DNA of 20,000 bases, taken from contig JAVECO010000044.1 in NCBI GenBank assembly GCA_051942205.1, positions 113,898 through 133,897 on the forward strand, read 5' to 3'. This DNA comes from Coniocarpon cinnabarinum (taxonomy: Eukaryota). Both the position numbers and the translations under genes were made by a program. The notes below the pieces were generated by a model. That model did no database searches and was not told the DNA's origin. It saw only the letters and a list, made by a program, of their open reading frames with translations. Of the stretch, positions 9,645 through 19,934 are shown one piece after another; within the stretch, counting starts at the first letter, position 1, and each line of letters begins with the position of its first letter.

Positions 9645-10442
9645 GTACGAGATGCCACAGGCGCGAAAGTTGCGCCGGTTGTGGCTCATTCCGCGCTGCT
9701 CTTTTACTGCTAGCTCTGTGTGATACCTTTTGGTGCACGGCAGTGGCCGTGCTGTCGGATCAGAATGCCTGAGCACAGTGGCTCGTCTGTGTGCGCTTTC
9801 AGCCTCGGTGGGCTCGCCGCTGTGGACGCCCTTTTGGTGGCTAAGCTGACGGTGGATGTTTCGTTGGTGAGTGCACTCTCACTTGCACGCGGTCCTCGAT
9901 GCTCCGAGGGGTGCGCCTCTGCGCTACCTGCAAAGTCTTTTGCCGCTAATTGGGAATGTGCAGATGCGGGTTATGTTCACGATCTACTTGTCGCTAACAC
10001 AAGGCCATTCACGCAGAGGAGCGTGCATAAAAAGTAGCGTGTCGGATGAGTAAAATGTCTCAAGACACGCGCTCTTGCCGTGTGCAACACCCTCTCGTAG
10101 TCAGTGATGGACTAGAGATTTGTTGGCATTTCGATCCACGCTGAGTTGAGGTATTCCTTTTGTGTGTGTATGTTTGAAGTTTTGAATCATCAGGCGTGGT
10201 TCCACTGCTAGCCGATAAGCTTCTATTAGTGGATTGACAGAGTCCGCTAGACATTGGCTTCCGTGGCCCTCCGGGAGTCCCAAGCTTTACTAACTTCCCC
10301 CTGTTGCCGGCTCCTGTAAGGTTGAAAAAGCCTAGGCTCAAAGGTCAACCGTAGAGTTTCTGCTAACGGTGTTAGAGGCTCGGAGTTCTCGGAACATACT
10401 TGTCCTTTTAGAGAACTGTGCTCACTAGAGCGTGTGACAAGT
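9645..10442 (+). ncRNA. Candidate large structured non-coding RNA of unassigned class (5' end uncertain, possibly ~9200)
   Basis: Nested long helices found by eye: 9654-9685 hairpin, 9685-9706/10028-10050, 9884-9890/10021-10027, 9916-9923/10012-10019, 10066-10075/10427-10436, 10099-10106/10252-10259, 10136-10144/10190-10199, 10201-10233 hairpin and 10271-10294/10371-10392. Many G-U pairs work only on the + strand. It is followed by ACA and a T-tract. No credible ORF. Confidence 0.55.
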
Positions 10443-10443
10443 G

Positions 10444-10463
10444 TTTTTTCTTTTTTCTTTTTT
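10444..10463 (+). terminator. T-rich tract (T6-C-T6-C-T6) immediately downstream of the structured region; possible termination signal
   Basis: ttttttcttttttctttttt read directly. Compatible with a Pol III T-run or with UCUU-type ncRNA termination elements, but function is inferred. Confidence 0.35.
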
Positions 10464-10533
10464 CATAACATACAAGCGTCGACTCTTCAGCGTTGGAAGG
10501 AGATCCATATCAACTTTTTTCCAAGCTCAACGC

Positions 10534-10561
10534 CCAGACACCAAAAAGCCAGACACCAAAA
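10534..10561. repeat. Short tandem duplication CCAGACACCAAAA x2 (15-bp period)
   Basis: ccagacaccaaaa-ag-ccagacaccaaaa read directly. Confidence 0.8.
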
Positions 10562-11705
10562 TTTTTAGCTCAAGTCTCCGCCTGACGCAGTCTTATAGAG
10601 ACTGTCTTTTTATTGGCTAAGCCCCCCGCAACCTCTATACTCATTCATACGAGAAGAAGGCATCCCAATGGAAAATCCATTGGTTCGTCCATAATGACAC
10701 ATGGACCAGTGAGCTACTATCGAACTTTACAACCGACGATGCGAAGAAGGAACGTCTTGTAAACGAACTTCCTGTAGATAGTTCGAACTTTAAGGCAGTA
10801 GTCTAGAATAGTTCTAGGCGCTTAGTGTGCGACGTAACGTAAGTTATACATTTAGTGGCTAAGTGGCGAATACTAACTCTGTGCTGGTAGCAAGCAAGAT
10901 AATTACCATGTACTCCATTTCTATGATGCGCTCACTACGACAGGACGTAGTGCCGTCTACGAGCACAGGATTGACCCATGATGTAGAGACAGAGGAGGAG
11001 GAGTCTCCTTGAGGGCCGTAGCTGAATCCTCTCGTTTCCTTTAAAAAAAGCTCTTTCCTTGCTCCGCATGTTTTCATTCCGTGCACGTTCCACGACTAAA
11101 GCTTGGTATGAGTCGTTCTCGGTTGTGCTTAGATCGGACATGGGAATACTGTTTGGCTGGGGTACCGTTCGGTACTATCGCCAGCAGCCAACCAGTATAT
11201 TTACATGTTGATTACATGTTGATGCTCCTGATCTTATTGAGGCTCTCAGCTTTCGAATGGCTGCCTTGACTTAGTCATAGGCGTGTCTTTGTCCATAACC
11301 GACTCGGCGGACATGTGCGTATAACATAACACCGCAGAGACCAATTCGAACACCATGAAAGTATCCTAGCTAAATAAAGTTTTAAGTGAGAGTTTACTGA
11401 ATACATATACATCCTAAAACAAAACCTAGCACCAAGGAGCAGTAGCAAGAGATGTGATGACGTGAAGTCTGCAGCACCAGGAGCGAGCTCTAGCGAGTCC
11501 TTAAGAAAAAGCGTGAAAAAGATCTCATACGTGGGGGCAATGATTCTGTGATAGAGATCTTTGCAGATAGCAAAACGTGCTAGCTGGCACATGCATGCAT
11601 GCTGTAGACGAGGTCATGTCGAGCAAATTGGGGCAGCACTTACCTATAGCGATAGCTTAGCGATAACACAGCTCAGGCCTGGTTCTAATATATCACGGGC
11701 GATGC

Positions 11706-11966
11706 CAGTGTTCTTAGTAGAGCAATATTTCTCTTACCAATATTATACTTACTCTACTATACTTAAGCAAGGTTATACTTATAATATACTTACTAAGAAG
11801 AATACTTACTAGTATACTAACAAGTGTAGATTGCTAACGTTAATAATAACATAAGGTATTACCACCTTTATTTTTGACTAATTTTTAAGTCTAACTGCTA
11901 CTATATTTAGTAAATAGTAATAACTATTATAACTAACCTATATCAACTGCTTCACTCAGAACACTG
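11706..11966. mobile_element. 261-bp non-autonomous hAT-type DNA transposon relic, RIP-degraded
   Basis: 8-bp direct repeat GGCGATGC at 11698-11705 and 11967-11974. TIRs are CAGTGTTCTtAGTagAGCA and (reverse complement) CAGTGTTCTgAGTgaAGCA, matching at 16/19 positions. The interior is very AT- and TpA-rich. Confidence 0.88.
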
Positions 11967-12830
11967 GGCGATGCCACCTATTTCCCTGTTAGGTCGTCGC
12001 AGAAACGTGCATTCTCGGGATCCCCCGCGAGTCTTTCCATCCCATTAAAACAGGGTTACAGCTTCGGCGTCAAGTAGCAGAAGGGCGCAGCAAAGCTCTA
12101 AAGCATGGTCTGAATGATCGTAGTCTTAAGATGCAGTCTCAGCAGTCCGCACCGTGATAAAGTTCGCAACATCTAAAGATGTAAAAGAGTACTTCTTGCC
12201 TACGAGGAGCGTTTAGCGCGTTTTGAGCTTCATGGCTGTCAGGGCGCGATCATTGTCATGATCGGGATAACGACTTGGAAGTCCTTCCCCAATGACTCGA
12301 GTTTCGCGTCCCTAATAGACTATGCGAGGCATCGACGAGCCAGGAGCGAATCAGTCCACGATCCGATTCAACGTGCTGTCTTCCCATCGATTCTCGCAAT
12401 CGGGGATCGGGAAACGCTTAGGATCGACGTTGTGCGGCTCCATGGGCTTATTCTGCGAGGATGCCGACGCCTACTAACATTTTGGTGATTCCGTCAGACT
12501 ACATGCCGAACTTGCCACGGATTTTGGTCATGTTAGGCTGATTAGTCCCGCAGCTCTAGCGCTTATACTGAATAGATCTATATCATAAGAGCTAACAGGT
12601 GAAGCCGTCAATACAAACAATATTGACGGGACAACTAGGAACCAGAACATGCAGACATAGCCAGCGTCCGAGCCTCCTCTAAGCTGTCCCTAGTAGGAGG
12701 CTTGTCCCAATAGTGAGTTGGATAGAAGGAAATCACAGACCCAAACAGCACAGACGAATACCCATGAAAAGTCAGCGACATATCTGCGCACTTTCCTACG
12801 AAAACGACCAACGCCCTCCGCCAAACATCA

Positions 12831-13130
12831 TTAGGGGTGATCCATCTTCCACTGCTCAGAATGCTCCCCCCATTGCTCATCACCACCCAAATTCTCCCAC
12901 TTTCCGCCAAGCCACGCGAACGGCGCCGCGATCACAGCGCCAGCGGTGTGGTACCATTTCGAATCACCGTTAGCTTCCGGCTTCGCTGCGTTCTTGTCCG
13001 TGTTACGGCGGGGAAGATGATGTTTCTTGTTTGATGAGCCTTGTTTGCCATCTGAAGGCGGGCCCGACGGGTTGTCAAGGGAGTCACGGGAGTTGACGCG
13101 GGTGTAGCGTTGTTCTTTGTCCGAGGACAT
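12831..13130 (-). CDS. Hypothetical 99-aa protein (MSSDKEQ...SKWYHTAGAVIAAPFAWL...)
   Basis: ATG at 13130 in CATCATG context. Disordered hydrophilic N-half followed by a short hydrophobic helix. Same architecture and SKWY motif as the neighbour at 13821-14081. Confidence 0.6.
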   Translation of the reverse strand: MSSDKEQRYTRVNSRDSLDNPSGPPSDGKQGSSNKKHHLPRRNTDKNAAKPEANGDSKWYHTAGAVIAAPFAWLGGKWENLGGDEQWGEHSEQWKMDHP

Positions 13131-13820
13131 GATGGATGCTTTGCTTTGCTGGTGGCGGATACGCGTCAAGCGGATTCAAGCGATTGGCGGAGGTGTCACG
13201 TCACGGTGAATGCGCTGCAAGCGGCAGAAGGGCAGATGCGGCTGCATCGGAAGCATTTCAAGGGCACGACGGGGGAACAGCAAGACGCAATGTGACGTCT
13301 GGCGTGGTAGGATTGGCAACGTGTCAGACATGAGGAAGCATGCTGCTTGAGTTTCGAATCCCTCGCACGTCATGCTTGTATTGGGGGCCAGAGATGTTTC
13401 AGAACACCCAGAGAACGAGGTGGCGTCTCGTCCGTTGGGGCAGTTCTTGGTTACGTCCCGTCGCTCGTATTACCAGGAATGAGAACCATGGTCGTGCAGA
13501 TCAGATTATCGTATAGTGTCGAGCTATTCGTCACTTGGCTGTGTTCGGCTCATCGACTCATGACTGAGTCTCTTTCCCAGTCCACCAGCGTTAATACGAT
13601 CAAGCATGTATACTGTTGCAGGTGTCTGCACGTCATCGTGACTTTGGCCATTTACAAGGTGCTTTCAGGTCGGACAAACACGATTGCGTCTTATGGGGGA
13701 AGCAAAGGGGAGCGCGGCCCGTGACAGAAACCCGGGTTCAGTTCTTGCCTGCTAATCATACAACGAGCCACCAGAGACCAAAATCCGTTACATCAGCACC
13801 ATGACCCATCTCCAAATACC

Positions 13821-14081
13821 TTAGAGTCCCAGCCGGATGCGCGTGATCAAGGAGTGACAACACAAAACCGGTATTTCGACAGCGTAGCACACTTTCTTGT
13901 ACCACTTCGACGGTTTTGTCCCGGTCTGTGACGACGCCTGGCTGTCGTCTGCTTCGCGTTTCGAGCTGGCAGAGTGCTGTTTTCCGTGCTTTTGGTCGTG
14001 CTTTTGGTCACCCGCAGCGCGGGGTGGGGAGGTTACGTTTGAGTTGCTTTCAGAATGGTTTTCGCTTGAGTTTGAGGACAT
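13821..14081 (-). CDS. Hypothetical 86-aa protein (MSSNSSE...SKWYKKVCYAVEIPVLCC...)
   Basis: Strong fungal start context CACAATG. Disordered N-half, then SKWY and a Cys-containing hydrophobic tail. Probable diverged tandem paralog of 12831-13130. Confidence 0.6.
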   Translation of the reverse strand: MSSNSSENHSESNSNVTSPPRAAGDQKHDQKHGKQHSASSKREADDSQASSQTGTKPSKWYKKVCYAVEIPVLCCHSLITRIRLGL

Positions 14082-15914
14082 TGTGAATATGCAAGAAGTA
14101 GATTACTAGATGGCTATGGCTAAGATATAGAAAAAGATGGTGAGAGCGTCTACGGGTAAGAGGAATAGGAGGGTGTTTTTACTTTCTTTCGCCTCTTAAG
14201 AAGTGTACGAATGGCGCGAGTTAAGTATTGAGACGGCAAGGTGAGCAAGGACGACAATGGGCATGAATTGTTCGTGGACGTCTCGTGTAGAAGTTCGGAC
14301 ACTCGTATCGGTTCAGACGTCATAGTCGTGTATGGTTTTGACGACTGTGTTTGTTGCGGTTCAAGGATCAGGTGGCGATCCGTCAACACGAGTCTTCGCT
14401 CAAGTTCCAGCTGCTTAGTATCTGGCAGCGTGGTCGAAGAAAGCTGTCTTTGAGCTTACGTGTTCATTCGATGTCGTTGTTCTCGTATTCTTCTGCAAAA
14501 GAGTGAGCAGGTGGAAGATCGGTGCGGCGCGGCTACGGAAAAGAGAAGAGAAGAGAAATGTCAGCAATACGAACTAATACACGAGAACGCAGATCGATAC
14601 GCTCAGTGTCCAAGTTTACCTTGCCTGCTCGTATTCATTGGGCCTTGAATGTCTGAGTTGCCGTTGTGCACCTCGCCTGCGTAGGCGGTTCCGCGTGCTC
14701 TCCATACCAAGCTTCGATCAACGCAGACGCTTGCACTCTGTAGGGACTGGATGCGTTGAATCTACCTTTTCTTCGGTAGGCCAAAGCGGCTACTCCCGCT
14801 ATGTGAATGCGCAAAATGCGCAGTCCGATTGCGCCTAGAGCGAGCAGGAGCGTAGTTAGACATCATCCCTCATGCAAGATTGCGTCTAGATAGCTTTGCG
14901 TAGCTTCGAAGGCGCATGAACACTCGAGTATACCGTCAATGATACTCCGTTGACAACTTCGAATTTGTGAAACAAGCCACGTGTCTTCAGCTTTTTTTTG
15001 CGTCTGGCACACATCCTCGCAGATCTGGTTCATTCCGCTCTGTCGGCAATTAGCTCCAAGTGTTTGTTTCACCTTCCTTGGATCTTGCTAGGACGTTTGC
15101 CAAGGCTGAGCGTGACGTCTCGATGGACTGGGCACATTGCGGTACGGGGTACGTGGTAGTTGTTGTGGTAATATGGATATATCGACCTTTTCCTCTAAGG
15201 CGCATGGTAAGCCGAAGTGAATATACGGCGCTCCACTCAACAGGTCTCAAACCGCTCCCAGATTCAAGGCACGAGGGGTTTCTCTTGAATCGATGGCCTG
15301 AAACTCTGAGGCACGGAGACAAATTCGTCGGATGCGACGAATCGAAGGGCATATATGGAGTAAGAAAGTTACCCTGCCAACCTTCACACTATAAGATTTG
15401 TTTGACTCGTGCTAGTACGCAGTAATCCCATCAAATGGCATGTACCTGAACAAAGTCTAGAGTATGTTTCGCGTTATTGGCATATTAATTGTGGCATATG
15501 CACAAGGATTCGACGATATCAGTGTCGGGCATGAGCCCGATCACCGTCCAGCGGTTTGCATGGGTATAGCAAGGTACCGTCTCAAGAGACCCACAGTCCC
15601 GCTAGCAGCAGAGATGCCACCACCTCTTCCACCCTGTCGCTCCACACGCGCGGAAAGACTGCAGCTTGACGAGGTGTCTTGCACTGCTTCCCCTCAAATC
15701 AATGCAGTCGATCCCTGCTGACGCATCTTCTGTGATTGGTGGCTCACTGCATGCGTCTTGTGGATGACAGAAGACCTTGACAGCTGCATGCAAAGCTCGT
15801 TCTGGTATCAAGATGGATCGACCACTTTTCCGACCAGCATCGCAAACAGCTCCAGATCAACACATACTGGCAAAAATGCTGCGACATGCATTCGTTGATC
15901 AGCTGTTCCTCCTC

Positions 15915-16978
15915 TCAAGATGTGATAGGAATACCATTTGACATCCGCTTAATGTCGAATGCCAGTGACGGTACTTCCTGCAATATCGCCTGCACGTCTT
16001 GTCTTGCTGCCAGCTCTGGTCGTTGGCGGAATGCTTGCAACACGACGTTGCGCATCCCGCGGTCTTTGTCAACCGTGCTGCTGTAGACTTCGACAACAGC
16101 ATCAAGGAAGTCAGCCTCGTTCCAGTGTTGCGCAACCAGCACTTCGAACTTCTCTCGCGCGAGAGTTTTCAGCCCCTGGACGCCGTATTTCTCCCCCAGC
16201 GCGTATACACGTGCATGAATCACCAAGTCAGATGTAACATCTGGTCCTTGGAAAAACTCTCCATGACGCTCCCTTGTTGCCGAGAACCCCAATGACTGAG
16301 CTGTTTTGAGCTCTGAATTCTTTCGTAAACGAGTGTGTGGATTGGTCACGGTCTTGGAGCTCGCACGTCGTCGTGAAGGGCGCCTCGGAGACGGGGATCG
16401 GGAACGCGGCTTTTTGGGGCTTGGTAGTGGCATAGGAATGATGGATCCTACTGCAATTGGCGGGCGAGAAGACGCCGGGGCCTGTTGGTTATCCGTGGAT
16501 ACTGCAGTAGCAGTTGCAACAAGAGGGTCCTCAAAGTCATGCAAAGTGAATCTGGTCTTCGTGATGGGCTTGGAAGGCTCCTCTTCTTCTGGTTCTTCCG
16601 AGACTAGGTAGTCGAGGTGGTAGAAATAGTGAACCATATGCTCCACTGCTTCTTCATCTTCCTCACTGAGGTCGATCTCACCACTTCTTGACTCCTGTCT
16701 ATTGTGTCAGGTCCCAAGTAGTACTTTCATTTGTGCTCATGGGTTTGACATACTGCGAATGGGCCATTACAAGCACTGTCGAAGAATTGCGACCTTGGGC
16801 ATACGAGTGCTTTGTGAACAGGATATCGCTGGTCCTGACAGATGAGAGCCAGGTCTGAGTATCTATCAGATAGATAAAGTCTTCAACGTGGGTCAGAAGC
16901 GTGCTGAGGCGAGAAGTAGCTAAAGTTGAGCACCTACGAGGCGAGAGCTGCGTGGAGCTCAGACATAGGCGAAGACAT
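15915..16978 (-). CDS. BTB/POZ domain protein (~315 aa); exons 16978-16938, 16880-16754, 16694-15915
   Basis: Spliced product reads MSSPMSELHAALASLYLSDRYSDLALICQDQRYPVHKALVCPRSQFFDSACNGPFA|ESRSGEIDLSEEDEEAVEHMVHYFYHLDY...HARVYALGEKYGVQGLKTLA. Introns are 16937-16881 (GTAGGT..AAG) and 16753-16695 (GTATGT..CAG), both with CTGAC branch sites, and the phases are consistent. Confidence 0.92.
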
Positions 16979-18920
16979 GGTATCGAAGTAGCAGTAGAGT
17001 ATCGCTCTGGGGGCACTGTATCTATGCAGGGTAGATGAACGCCTGCTATAGAGGAGGTCGACAGGCGAGGTTATATGTTAAGTGCAGACGGGGTGCTGGC
17101 ACGGATACTCAGGTGATGACTTCGTAAAGCTGATGAGAAGACGGGCTGTCGACCATGGCCAGACGGGGCCGGCGCAGCCGTGGTTATATGGTAGCTCGTT
17201 TGCAGCAGAGCAGTACAGGGCAACGAGGGTCGGTGACCAGAATGAGGATCGACGCCGAGGAGTTTCTGGACCATGGCGCCACCCACAGCAGAGCTCAGGG
17301 CTCGTGGCATCACAATAATGGAAAGATTGACGCAAGCGAGGCTGCTCATTTGCTGCAACGAGGGCGTGGAGGAGCAGCAGCGTCCAGAGCAGAAGGGGCA
17401 GCGAGTCAGGCGACCCGCACTAGTCGGCCACCGACCCTCCGTCCTCTTCTGGCGTGGCAGGAACCGAAGTTTTGGTGATGCTGCAGGCATTCGCAATCTG
17501 TACCAGCGACCCGCGAGATTGTCAGCAATACTTCTTTGATGATGTGCAATTTGACTTTATTGCTGGGCCCGGTGCCGTCGAGCAGCTTCGCCACCATCAT
17601 CGTGCTTAGCTAGTTTAGCCCGGCGCCTTGCAAAGGGCCTTTGTTCAGTGTGGCACCTGGCTTCTCACGTAAACTCGCTCTGGATTGTGTATGCGGTGAC
17701 GCTAGACATTGCTCATTTCCTCGAAGAGCAATGAAGCACGTTCTGCAGTCATAGCGGAGCCTTGTGCGAACAATTCACAGCAGAGCAACCGGCACGCAGC
17801 AAGTCCTTCGTCCAAACACAGACCGCAATCTCGTATCATGTCTAGGTCACATAGCCATACCTAGTCACTTCGTAGGATATGTAGAAGCACCACAACCTGC
17901 GCAACAAAGGTATCAATACAGAGAGCGAGGCTGTTTTCGACTTAGTACGCAAGCAGGCTCTGGGCCCAGACGCCTAGCCTCATCAGCATCGCATTGACCT
18001 CCACGTGCTGTCAACGGTCATCCTCTCGATCTGAGTCCCGGCCAGATCCAGATCATACGATAGTCAAAACTACAGCAAAGGTCACGTCAAGCGCGCCGTT
18101 ACACAAAGAACGTGGCTTTCTCCGCATGGCGATGCAGTTCAGGGGGCGAAACCTTCGCATTTGGGATTTGGCCTCCGCTCTGGCCTTGCGCTCGTGGTTC
18201 GACCGTTAGATTTGAGAGGTCTAGCCACCATTTCTTTCAGACAGCTACGACCCTTTGTCGTCAATTAAGCGACCCAGAGGGCAGACAAAATTGGCAACAA
18301 TACCGCTGCCCACTCAGCCACGGTCGATGGAGCTTATCGTCGGCCTAAGGTGTTGGCGATGGGGACACTATAGTTTGATAAGGAATGAAGCCCCTCTCGA
18401 TCCTCTGTTGAAAGCGCGTTCGCTTTGTTTCAGACGGCATGAACAATCGTTGACGGTTCGCGAAAGGCTCTGATAGGGCTTCATAGCGGGATGTAGGGGC
18501 CGGAGGAGGATTTACGGCGCGCTCTACGCTCTGGGAAGGGCCTATTTGCGACACTACGCCCAATGCAGTGTCGCGCGGATGCGCAGCATGTGCGCAAGGC
18601 GGATGCCTCGAGGAATGTGCAAATCCTATAAAGCCCGCCCCGTCCCCTGCGAGAAGAACTGCTTCGAGACGCTGCAGAACACATGCAAATGGTAACAATG
18701 AACATGCGACACGATCCGTCGATTGTAAGACGCGTAAGGTTTGTGACGAGAAAAGGTGCGGTATCACCGCTGTTTATTCATGGACGTCGACGGCCCAATA
18801 CATGGCTTCTCATGACTCTAAAACAAGATTGTACAAGAAGCGAAGGTCTTCCCCTCCCCCACGGCTGTCGTCGATTAAACATGACTGTGCATAAGACGAC
18901 GCATTGGACGTGATGCTCAT

Positions 18921-19934
18921 CTAGGCGAAGATGTCGTTGGTGGCGCTGAACGAGCATGACATGTAGCCCTTGCCGTTCTCGCCAGAGCTGGGGTTGGTAG
19001 CAACACCCACAAAGTGATTCGTGCCTTCAGCGTCAACAATTGCGTCACGGTGGCCAGTGCAAGCTCCAGAGGTGCAAGCAGTCGTGGCATCGCCCTGGCC
19101 AGTGTAGCTCACCTCGCCGGTCTTGGTGGAGCCACAGCTTCCCTTGAGCTCAGGGTCGCTGGGACTCTGGCACAGCATCAACATCATGGAGCCCTCGAAG
19201 ACAGAAGAAGTCAAGTCGCTGTAGACGCCATCGGAGCCATACTGCATGTCGGAGATGACGTTGGAGTTGGCACGGCAGCAGTTGTTCTCATTGCCTTGGT
19301 TGGCACAGTTGCCTGAGGCTTCGGCAAGGGTGTCGGACCACTCGAGGCAGGCAGCTGACTCGTTGTAGAGACGGCGAAGGTAGTTGATGCTGTCAATCAT
19401 GGACTTGCCAGCGCCACCGGTGGGGTTGCCCGTCGAGTCGACGCTGGGAGAAAGATGTGCACCAGAGGTGTCAGCCGGGCAGCCACCGCTGCCGGAGCCA
19501 CCAGCAGCCGCGTCAGGGGTCGAAGACGGTGCAGATGCAGGAGCAGAAGATGGAGCAGGTGCAGGAGCAGCAGTGTCGGCTGGTGGAGCGGGTGCTGCGT
19601 AGCTGGATGGAGGGGGAGGGGGAGGTGCGGCGTAGCTGGCGGGTGGAGGAGGCGGCGCCGACCACGTCGAGGCGGGCTGGTAGCTGTCCGCTGGGTTGTG
19701 GGAGTGGAACTGAGCGTGACCGTGGCCAGCAGCGGGGACAGCCTGAGCACTGGGCTGGGCAGGAGCCGGGGCCGGCGCTGGAGCCTCAGTTGGGGCAGCT
19801 GGTGGGACGGTGCCGTACTGAGTGACATATTGCGTCTGGACGTCGGTCACGTAGTCCATCTCGACGACCTCCTGGCGACGCACAAGGGCCGCACTGGCCA
19901 GGGGCAGGACGAACAAGAGCTTGGAGTACTGCAT
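18921..19934 (-). CDS. Secreted Pro/Ala-rich protein with a divergent C-terminal CAP (SCP/PR-1-like) domain
   Basis: Signal peptide MQYSKLLFVLPLASA, dibasic RR site and a long P/A/S linker. These are followed by CAP-like elements SINYLRR...LEWSDTLAEAS, TGHRDAIV and FVGVA, plus many Cys. Strong GC3 coding bias. Confidence 0.75.
   Translation of the reverse strand: MQYSKLLFVLPLASAALVRRQEVVEMDYVTDVQTQYVTQYGTVPPAAPTEAPAPAPAPAQPSAQAVPAAGHGHAQFHSHNPADSYQPASTWSAPPPPPASYAAPPPPPPSSYAAPAPPADTAAPAPAPSSAPASAPSSTPDAAAGGSGSGGCPADTSGAHLSPSVDSTGNPTGGAGKSMIDSINYLRRLYNESAACLEWSDTLAEASGNCANQGNENNCCRANSNVISDMQYGSDGVYSDLTSSVFEGSMMLMLCQSPSDPELKGSCGSTKTGEVSYTGQGDATTACTSGACTGHRDAIVDAEGTNHFVGVATNPSSGENGKGYMSCSFSATNDIFA

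Noticed and set aside
10859..11141. Two overlapping minus-strand ORFs with a T7-A slippery-like run
   Set aside because: A -1 shift from the ATG-initiated frame hits a stop immediately. Coding evidence for either ORF is weak.
12040..12500. Protein-like minus-strand fragments interrupted by stops (possible pseudogene)
   Set aside because: No recognisable domain, so it cannot be distinguished from random sequence without a search.
13690..13752. tRNA-like GGGTTCAGTTC T-loop
   Set aside because: No cloverleaf, D-arm/A-box or acceptor stem could be built.
15464..15721. 85-aa ORF with a short signal-peptide-like start
   Set aside because: Marginal hydrophobic core, no coding bias or recognised homology.
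18568..18894. Cys-rich 108-aa plus-strand ORF
   Set aside because: Non-ATG start in a eukaryote, no recognisable Cys pattern, and antisense to the likely 3' UTR of the CAP gene.
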